63,669 bases of DNA, filler included, from Hausera hauseri (GCA_046269625.1; 13 parts of 13 records of this genome joined end to end with filler, not necessarily neighbours in it), one strand, 5' to 3'; positions 39,111 through 53,600 are shown, numbered from the whole stretch's first letter. Numbers and translations are program-made. The notes: generated by a model not told the origin, from the sequence alone.

Positions 39111-41699
39111 GCTGGTGCCCTCTGGCCCATTTGGTTGGGCACGGTTTGGCCTCCGATATCGTCGCGTTGGATCCATAGTCGGACCTAATTTTTGCCTCAA
39201 AATTCACAATTTTCCTATGCTGACATCTACACTTTCCCGAAATGCCGAGATTGATTTGTATTTTTACAAACACCAACTTTGATTTTGCTACCCAAACAAA
39301 CAGCAAATGTACAATGTTAAAACTACAAAACTGATTTCCCGTGGAATGATTATTTCTTTACGTTCGAGTGTTAAAGAAATATTAGACGATAACAATCAAA
39401 TGACCAAATAGGCACTAGATAAGATGCTCCAAGAACTATCACATGGTCAATCAAACCAATTTTGGCAACTCTCGAATCAGACAGCCTATGTTAAAAATCA
39501 TCTCTTGTCCATGGGAAAATCGATTTAACACGACCAAAAAAAGATGTTACCACTTTCAAGTCTAGAGTACTACAAATCTCCTATTTGCGAAATTTTCGAA
39601 TCTTAAAAATTGCGCGAAATTCGTTCACTGATCGTTACATCCAATCATCTTAATATCCCTGTAATTAAGTTGCCTCCAACGGCCCGATTAGATAAGCTTT
39701 TGAACGATACACTAGAATTTCTATTTCGATCATCTCTAAAAAATAGGAAAGTTTTGTATTATATTGCATACGAGCATTGAAGTACTCTCTATCGTTGAGT
39801 GATGCTTAATTATTCACTTTTCTAAATAATTAATGCGAATAGGCATTATATCAGCAACACATTGTCGCATAAATAAAGGACATCTTTTGAATCATCAACG
39901 GAAGATATTTCAAGGAAAGCTAAACTGATATTAAAAATAACGGAGCATCTTAAGTCTGACCAATCGAGATTGAATTAAGAACAATTTCACTTATGATCAA
40001 TTGTTATATGTTGTAATAAACAAAAAAAACGTTTGCTATTTCGAGAATGACAGTATTTATCAAACTAGTTCAATCCACTTCCAAATGTGGTACAATGCTC
40101 AGACCAAATAGACTAACATTAATTTAAATATAGTTTACCGTGCATGTATGCGACCGAATCAACAACGCACTTAATCAATTGTCCACTTCAAAATTTGTAT
40201 GTGATTACAAACAGACAGACACAGCTCTTCATTCTGATAGGCCGTTCTATAATATGCAGTACAACCAATTCTTATTAACAAATTGACAATGAAAAAAATC
40301 CTTTTGAAAATGGTAAATCGCTTACTACGAAGTAAACAAGCATTCGTCATTCTAAAGATCGTTTGCTTTTCTGTATTATCAGTGCCAATTCCACCAAGGA
40401 ACATATCATTCGAATATCGTCAAATTCGATATACAATCGAGCAATAAAAATTCAGTAACGACAACAACAGCAAGTACAATTCAAAGTTCATACTCATCGG
40501 TGTTTGTTAATGTCAATTATTTGCTTATGATTTGGATTTCAAGTTACCTTTTATGCTAATTACTACTGTTATTTACTCTACTTAACATTCTTATACTGTA
40601 TTCCGTTGACAACGAATGGTTTGATTGGATTATTGAATATGCATGTCTTCATATGTATATAGATTTTTGTTAGTTGATTTAAAGAGAATTAAGTTGTTTT
40701 AATAATAGTTTTTTCAACTTTTTCAATTTTGAAATTACTCTCGCCATTTTAAGTTATTATTTACTTACAAATATTCTATTGAATTTGTAATATTTTGGTT
40801 ATTGCGTGAAATCTCGTAAAGTTACCAGGTCCTGTTTTCTTGGACATATTATTAGATTTTAAGATTTTTGCGGATTTTATTTATGAACTCAGATAACGTA
40901 TCGGTTTTAAATTTGGAAAATTGCCAATCGCTAAATGAATTACTGCAAAAGTTATTCAAAAGATCCGTATTTCTTTGCAAACCGTCGTCATCACCGGCTC
41001 CGTATGTTAAATATTACAACTGTTCAAATGCGTCGAAATTTGTGGAGATATTAATCGTTCAGTCGGACGGCAACATTTTGATCGATTGTGGAACGAATTT
41101 TGTTCATGGGCGAATTTTAAAAAATCGTGTACCGGTTTATGTGCAGGGATTGTGCAACGGATGAGGCGCGCGTTTTGTGCCGGAATTGTTTTATAAATAG
41201 TCAACATACTAAACATGACTATCAGATGAATATATCAGGCGGCGGCGGTTGTTGAAACTGCGGTGACACCGAAGCATGGAAATCCCAACCGAGCTGTACG
41301 TTACATGGCGGTGTGGATAGTCAATCAGAACGCAGGGAATCAATTAAAGATAACGATAAATATCTGACACAGACATCGGAAAACGTCAGAAAACGGTTCA
41401 TTGAATTGGCGATAGTTATCATTGATGATGATCGACGATTTGTTATGACTCCGTTGTGCGAAGGCATCGAAGACGTCTGGGATGAAGCGCTGAAAAAAGT
41501 AATGGACATTCACCAAACGGAATTCCCGACGATGAAAACTCAAAAGCTGACATTTGCCTTGTACAACAATGAATATCATGATTTCGATCGGGTCACCATT
41601 CTGTTCAAACTCCATCTGCAGTGTTCCTCGCAGGGTCTACGTTTTGAAAGCATAACAGAAAACAATAGTCAGTAGCAGCGAAAAGCAGCGATTCATTTT

Positions 41700-42923
41700 T
41701 GTCTGTCCAGCCCAATGGCTTCGTGCTGTTTTTCAGATACCACGGTGCAATTTCCGTTTGAACTATTGTCTCCAACTGATACAGGAAATCGCGAACACAG
41801 TTCTATCTGTGGAAAACATAGTATTTTGGTTGTCCGTTGACTTTAATTGGCACAACCAGCATGCCGACGGCGATTGGGACGTGCTTTTGGTTGTAGATAT
41901 TGTGCCGTGGTAAAATTGCCTCGATATCGGCATATACCATATATGCCGTACTGTCGATTTTGGACCAGTCACTGAATCTCAGTTTCTTTTTGACTGGCAT
42001 GACACATCGTTGTTCCTGTTGCATTTTTCCTGCACAGCGCCACATGCTTTTCCCATATTGCTTCTAACCTAAAGTCATGTAGACATATGGGACACAATTT
42101 GCAGCGTATGCGCTTTTTGGACAAACTGGTCATAATCCATGTTTAGTAGTCTATCCAAATTTGTTACTGCCAAATAATGAAAGTTTTTTGCATTCTCCAA
42201 CAGCAGCAAATTTACTGGGCATCCATTTGGGTTCCGACTGTGGTAGATTATGTGTACATAGGGATTTTTGTATATTTCTTCATCTGCCGGTATCTATATG
42301 ATTGTGTTGTACCGGGACATGTTTATTGACAATGTTGGATTGCAACGTTTAAATGCCGGAATGGTTTTGAGTTTCTTCGGCATCCAGCTTTCGTCGTAGA
42401 CCAATTAGGCGAAATAACTACTGTACTGCTTTGGAAAATTTGTACGATGTCTGGACACTCGATCATATTTTAATACGATTAGAATACTGTAAAGAAAATA
42501 GTATTCATCATCCGTATTTTGCACACTCACAACCACCAGAGACTGCTTCAAGGCTGTAGGTGTCGGCGTGAATGACCGTCCGGACAGGTATATCATGTCA
42601 CTTGACTTTATAATAAAGCTGAGAGTGACAATCTTTACAAATCGCCATCTGCTGACTTTTTCCGTATAGATAATGATTTTCTCATGAAGATTTTCGCCAA
42701 TGTCCTCAACAAAATCTTCGGTATATGGTACAAATCGATGTGACAGGTACCACTGTTTCCTGTGACCTTGCACGTTTTCGAATTCTTCAAGTGCATAATA
42801 CTGCACATTGCAGTGTTTGAGTTTCCGTACTTCAACTTCCATTCGGTTTCGCACACTGGAAGGGGCATGTCTCAATTGCATTGTTGTTGTCGTTGCCGCT
42901 GACATGTCCACCTTCATGTCCAC
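41700..42923 (-). pseudogene. pPolB N-terminal region of a second Polinton lineage
   Basis: SGRSFTPTPT..VSVQNTDDEYYFLYSIL, LLLL..HYLAV, CPICLHDF, YMVYADIEAIL..HVPIAVG. It continues at 39110 after an interruption. Confidence 0.8.
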
Positions 42924-43111
42924 GTACGATCTGTTAAATCGTACTTGACGGTTTTAATTGCATCTGTAATAAATCCATATAATCCAGTAATAGATTCAAT
43001 TCACAAGAAAAAAATCCAGATTATAAGACGCTTTTATTATAAGACGTTGCTGAATAAATAAGCTGCTGAATTAATTCAGAATTCAATTACCAATAACCAA
43101 AAATCAATTAT

Positions 43112-44668
43112 TTATACAATCAAATATATAGAATTATTCTTTGGGTGGGCCAATGTTGGCACTACAAAGGTAATGGGTAGTTCCTGTTGGTCCTGTTGCT
43201 GCTGCTTACTACTACTGCTTTGCGCGTATTTGTCAAGGCTTGTGGATGCTTGACGTTTCCAACTGGTTGTTGTTGTTCTTGTTGTTGAGGGGATGCTTCT
43301 TTTTGTTGAGTCCATGACTAGTTGCTTTTGGGACCGCTTAAACTGGTTTAAGTGGTCCCGTTTACCGTGCTGCGTTGTGCCATAGTACTGCTCCATTGCA
43401 GTATGGCAACCATCAACGTTATGCGCTCTACTAGTAAACTAACGTGGGTATGTGTGGCAATGCGCAAGCATCTTCTTCTTGGACCGCGTAAACGGACTGA
43501 GATGATGCTTGTGCATCTCGTAAAAGTCGGCGTACGGGCACTGGGTTGACGTATTGCACGTGGGACATAGATATGTGTCCGTCCGCACAACGTAATACTT
43601 CGCCACCTGCTGATGGCACTGTTCCTCGTCCACGTGTATGCGTGATACGCAATACACGGAATAACAATTGCAGTTCTGAATGAGAAACAAATTAAAGTAA
43701 GTGTAAAATGCAATATACGTTAAATCATTTAAATTAAAACAAATCGCTACTTCTAAAGCAATGATGGTTTTGGTTTAAGGGCGACTATAAATATTGTTCA
43801 CTCAATGTCACCACAAGTAAACAGATGGAAGAGTACATAGAAAGCGAAATTCAGAGATTGACAGATGCATTTTGACCGGACATGTGTTTGACGTACAGTA
43901 CCTATATGAGCTATCAGAAACAAGAATAATGAGCAGACGAGAGTACATTGAATTAATAGTCCGGTCTCTTTTCGTGAAACGCATAGAAGATGAGGTGAAC
44001 CAAAAGCAACGACGGATTAAAATTTTTATCGGACTCGTATTTTCCGTTTCATTTTGTATTGCAATGAAAAAGTTGATTGAACTTATTTAACTGCATTTGT
44101 ATTATAATATATAATTTTCTATGTATTTGTTTTTATACGTTAATGTATTGTATTTCATGTTCTGGCTACATAGCAGTAGTATAAATGTTTACTATGTTAC
44201 CTGTGGGATTATAAAATGTCCAATTTGACGCAACTCATTGCTCTGTATCACTCATTCGACGGTCTATTGAGTCACTTTTACAATCTTGATCGAACTTTAG
44301 ATAATGACGCTGGGCGTTCGTCTCCCGAAAAGATGGTCCTGCGTGAAGAGGAGAATTGGAAGACACGGGACCCCTATGTACGCCACATTAAACATATTGT
44401 TGGTGATATGAATGTGTTATTCGGTGCGCTTTTTCATGCGTATCAAAAATTAGCGGATGGCTAAGCGTTGTGCGATAATAAGCGTCAAATACGGTTTCTG
44501 AATGGTTTTACGAAACGTGATGATCCGGTTGAATTTGTTCCAACGTGGCAGTCAGAGAATCAGATTTGCTTGAGGCAACATTGCAATGTGATTACTTCCG
44601 ATGGTTTTGATCACTCTCCTACCGTATTGGTTAATCCCTGTGGATTATGTAATTCGATTAAATTTTAA
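43112..44668. other. Cluster of short Polinton-like accessory ORFs with TATA boxes
   Basis: A Cys/His-rich minus ORF at 43439-43690 and plus ORFs at 43872, 44216 and 44468. TATAAA motifs at about 43786 and 44179 precede ATGs. Adjacent to pPolB. Confidence 0.4.
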
Positions 44669-44789
44669 TGGCTAAGTTGCAGAAGTGGTGATTCTATATT
44701 AGACGAAAACAACGAAGAAATATAATAAACGTTTAATGCAGACTTTGTTTCCACTACTCAACAAGACCGTTAAAGCATGAAGGGTAAGC

Positions 44790-45080
44790 AAATACTGGTG
44801 TCCGAAAACTGGGTCAAACAAAAATATTCCCAGAAATTTTGTCAAATATTTGTTATAATCAGATAGGTCGGAAAATGTGGTTATCCGTAAGTAGGTCAGT
44901 CCAAAAAGTTTTCCGAGTAAACTCACTTTGCTGAGTCCAAATATGCAGTTGTCCGAACTAAATCAGTCCAAATATTTTCCCATCCCAATTCACCTCGCTG
45001 ACTCCAAATATGCAGGTGTCCGAAACTAGGTCAAACCAAAAAATTCTTCCGACCCACCTCATTTCGTCAATAACCGATCC
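44790..45080. repeat. Degenerate tandem repeat (about 65-70 bp unit), possibly Polinton subterminal repeats
   Basis: Recurrent CCAAATATGCAG.TGTCCGAA(A)CT..GTCAAAC/AGTCC motifs. Confidence 0.5.
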
Positions 45081-45583
45081 AAAAATAAAACTATACCAAA
45101 AAATAATAAAATAAATAAATAAAGTAATTTAAATTAAAATAAAATTATAAATCAAGGACAAAACTTACGTGGTCCATTGTTTGACAATAACGAATTCGTA
45201 GAAATGACTACTAGCTTAAAGATGGGATATTATATATTTGTTAGTGTGTGTCTTGGTATTGCTTTACTGACAAGCACTGTTGACTTTGAAAACAGTGACT
45301 CTAAAATAAAACTGCATCTAACCAAATGTCCATTATTTCGACACACTGCCCTTTACACCACTAGCAATAGAACGAATCATGAGAAAATGTATGACATTTC
45401 TATTAGTATGAGCTTTTGGATGCACACACACAGGCTTTACGTCACAACTCACAGTTTCCTTTTGATTGCATGCATACATGCATGCACATTTTCAGTGTGG
45501 CGGGTAACGCACACTTCTTTCACGTCACGCGTCACCATTGCACGCGTCAACTAGTTGTCGTACCTGTGCTCACGATGACGGCG

Positions 45584-45593
45584 ATGATGATGC

Positions 45594-45654
<61 letters not shown>

Positions 45655-45659
45655 GATGA
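45584..45659 (+). repeat. (GAT)n microsatellite at the contig end
   Basis: More than 20 GAT units; these explain the poly-Met ORF. Confidence 0.95.
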
Positions 45660-45759
45660 NNNNNNNNNNNNNNNNNNNNNNNNNNNNNNNNNNNNNNNNN
45701 NNNTTAATTAATTAANNNNNNNNNNNNNNNNNNNNNNNNNNNNNNNNNNNNNNNNNNNN

Positions 45760-46400
45760 TGGCCTGTGATGCTGCATTGAGTAGCCCATGTTTCAAACAC
45801 ATGGAACCACTTCAATGGCGTTCCGTCCGAACCTATAAAGAAGGTTGGACATGCTAATTTTGGGGGTTTGGCCGGTGCTGATGATGCAGTTTCGGCTTTT
45901 TTGTCGGGCGTGTGAGTGTCGATGCCTCCTTTCATTCTGGGGTCGCTAGTATGGTGTTGTTTGAAGTGAATATTGTGCTGATTTCGCAATTATTCTTACG
46001 CATTAATTTTCCATTATGAGAAAACGTATGCTCGGAATATTGTTGTTGTAGAACTTCCTGCATACCCGACATGTCTAGGGTAGGTGGAAAGCGATAAGCT
46101 TTTGTCTGATGCCAATTTTGTACAATAAGTTGTACTTCGTTTGGTGTACTATCGGTCGATGTTGTTTCACAATAGTGAATTTTGTTGGCGATTTCAATCC
46201 ACTGACGATTGGGTAAATGGTTGAGTAGCGACTTTTCGCTTGTTATATGTGCTAACTTGGCACGATTAGAATACTCTGGTTTGTATTCCGATTTTACGAT
46301 GTCGGTGCGTGTCTTAGTGCTAGGATATTTTAGCACTTGTTCAGAATCGCTCATTGTAATAGCCGTAGAGTTAGCGGGTCTCGTGTTATCACTTTTAGTG
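45760..46400 (-). pseudogene. 5' ORF/gag start of an LTR retrotransposon
   Basis: KPPKLACPTFFIGSDGTPLKWFHVFETWA (gag-like), downstream of a PBS. Confidence 0.6.
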
Positions 46401-46501
46401 ATGTGAGTATTTGTGGCAGGATTGTTTTCGACGGCTGAGTTTATCGAAATACCCTAACCAGTATGTACGGTTTTGTGCGAAAGGGACGTGTGTGCGGTAT
46501 T

Positions 46502-46512
46502 CACTGCCACCA
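46502..46512 (-). promoter_or_regulatory. Primer-binding site TGGTGGCAGTG (tRNA-Leu-like)
   Basis: Lies 1 nt after an LTR-like end (..CTACA) on the minus strand. Confidence 0.7.
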
Positions 46513-46513
46513 T

Positions 46514-47771
46514 TGTAGTGTTAGCATCTTTGTGGATGGAACTTTTAAATATAAAAAGGACAAACATGTAAACACAGTCGAACAAAACGATTGAAACAAA
46601 CACTGATAAGAAGAAAAAAACAATGAGAGTAATTTTTATTCAGTTCTCGCAAATCGTCCGCCGAGACGTACGATTCCTCGGTTCAGGATGGTGCCGGGTT
46701 AATCCACGGATTTTTGCGCGGGCAAGTCGGAACGTCGTCCGAACTGGAATCGGTTAATGTTGGTTCAAGTCTTGTCGGCTCCAACCGGCGTCGACGGCGC
46801 GGTACGGGAACTTCGTCTGGGCTGGAGCTGACTGTCCTAGAATGCGGCTTATCAGCGGTTCGACGGTCAGGAATCAACTGTCTCTCCGATGGAGCCAGCG
46901 ATTCGTAGAGGCGTTCGGCGGCCGCCACCAGTCTTAAGAAGACCAGCAAGGAAACCGACGAGTCGAAAAAAACGCCGATTTTCCCCGTCCTCATAAAACC
47001 TATGGAGTATTCCACAGGGTAAAGAATAGGGGTCGTTCCGTCCCAGCCTGGTTAAGTGCCGTACGAAGCGGCTCCGTTGCAGTAGCTCCCGTTCCGTCAG
47101 AAAACCCGAGTAGGACCGGTACGCAGTTCGCTTGCCGGTGTTGCGGCGTCATCTTTCTCAGGAGGCGGTATCTCGCCGGATCAGGCACGGCTGGTCAGTC
47201 TTGACTGTCGAGGTGGTACGCCTGTCGGTATTGGTTTCTTCTTCGGCGTGTGTGGGTCGGAGTACCTTCGGGACTCGGTATCCCGGATTGATAATGTTCT
47301 TTTCGTCACTAACTGTGGAGTCTAATTTAACGGCTGCATCGGCTGGTAGGGCCCTTGTGTCGTCTCTAACGATTGGTTCGCCGGGTTTCGCTGTTCTGGT
47401 CGTGTGAGTCCTCATTTCATTGCTACCACCAGCGATATCGACTCGTATTGTTTTCGTGCCTTCTTTGGTGATGGATACATCGTTTTTCGATAACCTGGTT
47501 ACTGTGTTCGACATTTCTGGCATGTTTGGGGATATCTTTTGAATAATACTAATTCTTTGTGAACTGTGGATTTAAGCAAATGGATGTGAATCCACAGATT
47601 TTGAATGTTGATAATTTTTGCAAGTGCTGGTCACTTCGGCACTTGTAATCCCGATTTTTAATTTTTCTTTTACTTTTTATTTTTGTGCATACTTGGAATG
47701 AATCCGTGATATTAAGTGATTTAGTTTAACTTACATAAATTAAATGTTTTTATGTAAGGTGGAACCTTACA
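46514..47771 (-). repeat. Putative 1.26-kb 5' LTR (TGTAAGG...CTACA) inserted into another Gypsy RT
   Basis: TG..CA ends, a following PBS, and a start exactly where the RT frame ..RPCGDYRQLNTITTMDA breaks. Confidence 0.65.
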
Positions 47772-48720
47772 GCATCCATTGTTGTTATGGTATTTAGTTG
47801 GCGGTAATCACCGCATGGGCGAAACGTGCCATCTTTTTTGGAACCACATGTAGTGGTAAAGACCAGGGTGATTTTGAAATTCTGATTATGCCTGATTTTT
47901 CCAGTTTGAGGAACTCAGCCTCCACTGCCTCTCTGCGGGCGGACCTTTTGTCGTATTGGTTTTTAATGTGCTGTTACTATGTGATAAAAGGTGGATTGAG
48001 GTGGTATGAATGATTTGTCCTTTTGCAACAGACGCGTGCAAGACGACGAAATGTATTGCTGTAGATCAGAAGGGAACGATGAAAAGTTATCCGATGGTAT
48101 AGATGCATCGTGACTGGATGCAATTGAGGTATGAGTTATAGACGAGGTGGTATTTGGTGCAGGATGTTCGTGTTGAAGATGATGTTGGAAGCTATGCTAT
48201 TAGTAATAGGTGCCACGCAGTTGGCAATATCTTATTTGTCACCGTAGTAAAAATTTCTGTATAATGAGTAATTATAAAAATAATTTAGGTCGGAAGTCGT
48301 TTGCTTCAGTATCGACTTGTTGGAGGCGATCGTCCGGGTGGTCATCGAAATGCATTTTAAGGAACATTGTTTGCAATCTACAAGTAAAATGTAGTGTGAC
48401 AGAAAATCTGAACCAAATATAGATGTGCGTACATTGGCTACTGTAAATTTCCATGTGAATGTGTTTGGGAGGTGTGGAAGAGTAAATGTTAATTTGGCAA
48501 CTCCACAAATTTGTAAAAGTTCACCGGACGCAGTAAACAGTTGCTTTTGTGAAGTGTAATTGTGTTGTATGTGTTGTATTGGTGGCAGTAGAGAGATTGC
48601 TGCACGGGTGTCTATAAGAAAGTTGATGCTTTGCATTTTTGGAGTAATGACTGCTGCTTCCAACGTGAATACAGCAAAGGAAATGTGTCGGCTGTTTCTG
48701 CAGGTTGTTACTGTGGTGCC
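47772..48720 (-). mobile_element. Gypsy protease and RT start, same family as 5960-10260
   Basis: FLIDTRAAISLLP..FTWKFTVANVRTSIFGSDFL; SPWSLPLHVVPKK..RPCGDY. Confidence 0.88.
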
Positions 48721-48729
48721 CACATTGCC

Positions 48730-49066
48730 TCACGCAAAATAGCAGTCAACAGAAGACACCGTTGTATTGAATGAAATATTCGGTCCATCCAAAATAATTC
48801 CCTGTGTCCAAAGAGTGGATCTATTCACCAATGCTATGGTATTTTATCTCAATGAAACGAAAGATCCGTTTAAGATACCGTGGAGCAAACAACAACGTTC
48901 TGTAAGAACTCCATCTTTTATTTTTTATTGCTAAATATCAATACATTAGAAGCCCAGTCGGAAAATCATAATTTACATTGCATTGGGAATACTTTCCGCT
49001 GTGATTATACTCGTTGGTAGTGTTTTGTGTTACAGGAAGAAATATAAAGGATTTGAATTTAATCGG
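48730..49066 (+). CDS. Host exons encoding a single-pass membrane protein C-terminus
   Basis: A short GTAAG..TTAG intron, then KIIIYIALGILSAVIILVGSVLCYRKKYK. Confidence 0.45.
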
Positions 49067-50657
49067 GTATTGATTTTGTTATATTTTAAATATGCGTAAA
49101 ATATTACACACTCGACTTACTAACGCAGATCATAAATTTAAAATCCATTTGTCCATGGCATTTTATTGCTACAATCACTAAAATACTGGTCGATTAGCAA
49201 ACCCCAGGCAAGAATAGGTCTACGTTTGGTCTCATGGTTCGCCGCAAATTATTAGAATTACATAGGGCGTCGGTGTCTTCCTTTTGTTTAGCCAGTCTCT
49301 AAGACATCCATAGTTAAGGTGAAAGTTATCTTGTTTTAGATGACCCACTGCAGATATTTATGGGTTATTTAAAGAAGGAAGCTAGCAGTTTAAACTAGTG
49401 AAGAATGACTAATGTAGGTGTGTGTAAAATTCTAGCAAGACAGTAAGTTTCTATAATAATCAACATAGTATCATTCAGCGGATACTATGGTTACTATGGA
49501 AAGTGTCGTTAAGGGCTGGACACATTGAATGAAACTTACTGTATAATTCAATTGATTCATTTAAACAAAATTAAGGAATATTCTAGAAGACCATGGAAAT
49601 GTAAAATTTGCTAACAGTGTTCGTCCTCCGAGTTTTGTTATCTTGTCAATAATCATCAACTTCAGTTAGAATGCTCTGGCGAATGGGATTTAGAAGATGG
49701 AGTTTTTAGCCGGGTGAATCCGGAAATTTTTATTTTTATTATTTACTTTCAGTTTTTGAATCGTTCTTTTACCTTAAGCTCCGAGAATCCCGAAGTGAAA
49801 CAAATGTTCATTTTATTTCGACAGATGACAAACTCGAATTAGATTTTTGAAATATTCACTTATTATTTAGCTAGAGCAATGGTGTGGAACGGTTAAAACG
49901 AACATGTTTTTATTTCATCATTTGGGGTATGTAAAGNNNNNNNNNNNNNNNNNNNNNNNNNNNNNNNNNNNNNNNNNNNNTTAATTAATTAANNNNNNNN
50001 NNNNNNNNNNNNNNNNNNNNNNNNNNNNNNNNNNNNAAATGTAATAGCTTACAAGTCGAATACTTACCTATTCGAACTCGAAAACTCGGTCAAACATGCA
50101 TTACTCAAAAAATCTAATGACGTCATTCGATTCCCCATGGTCGAAAACCTATTTGAATTTGGCCGCGCCTTTTATTTAATTTAATTGATGCATTAAAACA
50201 AAAGCGCATTAAAACCAATCAATAAGCGAAGCAGCACATGGTGATATGACTATATTTTTCATTATTTCCAATCTCACTTCAACGAATGCCGAGTTTTTTA
50301 ATTGTGCTGCTCAAATAATTGGCTGATTTTAGATGTGCAAACTTTACAGCGAATATTTGGCTCAAATCCACGAGCCGGAAAATTGTCACAATGTTATGAA
50401 GAAGAACTTTGGCCATAGGTACAACAGGGTTCAGTATTATATACGCCCTACATGTGAGGTTGTGTGCTAAATAAATTATGAAGACTTTTACAATGTCGAT
50501 AAACAGCACTTAATTTCCTTCACCAAGTCGAAAAAACAATATACCAATATGCCAATAACTGTTTCATGCCAAAGGAAAATAGAGGGTGCAGCTCATGTGT
50601 ATTGCACATGTGTAATAAACAAGCCCCAGAATTGCCATAATTCAATGAGGAGTTATT

Positions 50658-53600
50658 ATGGACACAAATTCAACAGGATCATTTATTATATCTGCCCAGG
50701 ATGTGAGGCTATGTGATGGAGAATACATACAGTTTTATGATGATCACAAACATCATTTGACTGACTTCGCATCAAAGTCAAAGATCATATTTAATGAACA
50801 TAAGCCAGTTGCACAACCTGCAGTACCACGGCTTGTAGTACCACGGCCTGCAGTACTGCAGCCTGCAGTACAGCCAGATGCAGGACTAAAACGCGCATTA
50901 GGCGTATCAAGAGTAGCGGCTCCAACAAAAAGTCAAAGACCGGCCAGTTGATGTAGTTGCACTGAAGAGCGAAGTGCGGCGATACTTCATAGCAGCAGTG
51001 GGACAGACTTCGCTCCATGAATTCCTGGAATATTCAGAGGAGGAGGCAGCAGGAATTTTTCATGGTAACTTGTTGGAGCTGAAGGCCCTTAAGGTGAACT
51101 TCAAATTTGAAGCCACCTTCACCAATGTCAAAGGAGAGCTGTCTAAAAGAGCCTTCAAGACAAAGAACAGGCCACTATTAAAATCCTTTAACATTAAGGA
51201 TTTCATAACAGAGGACTATGCAAGGTTCATCCGTGAAGCCAAAGAAAGCCAGGACAAGAAGGGTGGTTGGACTTTGGCAACAATAAAGGGGTTACTTGTG
51301 CATGTGCACAAGTATTGTCCCATGAGAGGCAGGTCCTACATACCGCTTCTTGAATAGATAGTTAAGAAAAAGGCATGTGTTAATGTGCATAATAATGACA
51401 ACATATGTTTTATGTATGCCATTTGATCAAAACTAGTCCAAGATGAACATAATGCTTCCCGAGTTTGGATATATGACAAAGTGCAGCACACATACGACTT
51501 CAGTTGTATTTCATTCCCTCCGAGCCTAGATGAAGTCGTGAAATTTGAAAGCGTGAACAACATCTCAATCAACATCTTCGGATTGGAGGAGGACAAATTT
51601 TGTCCATTACATGTGTGCAAGGAGGAATTGGAGGATCATAGGGATCTACTCCTGCTAGATGACGGAGAAACGAGGCATTTCATCTGGATCAAGAATTTTG
51701 AGTGCCTCGTAGGATCCCAAATATCCAAGCATAAATCAAGGCTGGAAATATGCTAGAGATGCTGTACCCATTTTAATGGGGAGACAGCCGCAGAAAAGCT
51801 GGTGGAGCACAAGACCTACTGTAATACAAACTACTGCATCCGAGCAGAATTCCCCAAGGAGAATTACCTGGAATTCAAGGAGTTTGAGAAGATGCAGAAG
51901 GTACCGATTGTCGTCTATTGTGATTTTGAGGCCATCCTCAGCCCAGTTCACAGCTGCAGCCCTAATTCCCAACATAGCAGCACAACACCATGCTAATATC
52001 ATGAACTCTCATCATATTGTATATATGCCAGAGGACTGAACAGTGAACCATTTCTATTCAGAGGACCAGACGCAGCAGCACATTTTATGAAGAGATTAGA
52101 AAACATAGCTCATAGGCTTGAAAACATGCTTCAGCAGAATAGGGATACAATGAGCATGTCGAAGCAGCAAGAACATGAATGGCGCAAGGCAACAACATGT
52201 TACTTGTTTGACAAGTCCTTCACCAAGGATAACTATAAAGTCAGGGATCATTGCCATTTTACAGGCAAATATCGAAGTGCAGCATGCAACAACTGCAACT
52301 TACGCTGCAAACATGCACATATGTGCCTGTAGTGTTTCACAATCTCAGTGGCTATGATTACCACTTCATTGTTCGGGAACTGGGTAATATTGAGGGGAAC
52401 AATGATGTCATTTCAAACAGTGAGGAAAAATATATCACCTTCACTAAGCATGTGGGCCACATTAGACTTCGATTTATAGACAGCTTCCGCTTCACGAGTT
52501 TGTCACTGGATAGTTTAGTAAAGAACCTGCATGCATAAGAACTCAAGGAGACGAAGCGGTTCTTCCCCATTGCATTTGACCTTGTCAAGAGGAAAGGCGT
52601 GTTCCCCTATGACTATGTAACGTCATGGGAAACACTGGATGAAGAAGCATTACCATACAAGAAGGAATTTTATAGTCAGTTGTCATCCAGTCATATTAGC
52701 GATGCTGACTATGTGCATGCCCAAAGAGTATGGCAAACCTTCAAGTGCAAGCAATAGGGGAATACAGTGATATCTATCTCCTCACAGATGTACTGCTGAT
52801 TACAGATGTCTTCGAAAGCTTCCGGGATGTCACAATGAAGAGCCATGCTTTGGATCCAGCCCATTTCTTTACAGTTCCAGGAGTGAGCTGGGCGGCGATG
52901 CTGCGCTATACCGGCATAAGGCTCCAGGTATTGAAGGATTACAATATGGTCCTCATGATTGAGAGAGGCATCAGGGGTGGAAAATGCCAGGCCATTCACA
53001 GGTACAGTAAGGTCAACAACAAATAAATGACAGATTATGATCCATCAAAAGAATTCTCATATATATCATATCTGGATGCCAACAATTTGTATGGATGGGC
53101 AATGAGCAACCCATTGAACTATGATAACTTCAAATGGGTCGAGAATCCTGAAGACATCTCAATATTGGGCTTAGATCCCACTGGAGATACGGGCTATATG
53201 CTGGAGGTGGATGTTGAATACCCACATAGCATCCACACAAGGCATGAGCAGCTGCTATTTCTGCCGGAGAGCAAGATGCCATTAAATGGTAAGCATAAGA
53301 AGCTGCTCTGCCATCTCGAAAACAAGAAAAGGTATGTACTCCAGTACATCAGTCTTTAACAGGCCATCCAAAATGGGCTCAGAGCCATCAGGATTCATCG
53401 GTTCCTGCAGTTCATCCAGTCCAAATGGCTGAATCCATTCATAGACCTCAATACTCAGTTGAGGGCCAATGCCAAGAACGAGTTTGAAAAGGATCAATTC
53501 AAACCTTACAACAACTCGGTCTTTGGAAAAATTATGGAAAACATCCGGAACCGGATAAACATTGATTTGGAATGTGACTGGAAGAGGGCAAAGAAACTCA

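Noticed and set aside
44790-45080. CRISPR-like repeats
   Set aside because: Degenerate tandem units without unique spacers, in a eukaryotic context with no cas genes.
45416-45715. Poly-Met ORF
   Set aside because: Translation of a GAT microsatellite running into Ns.
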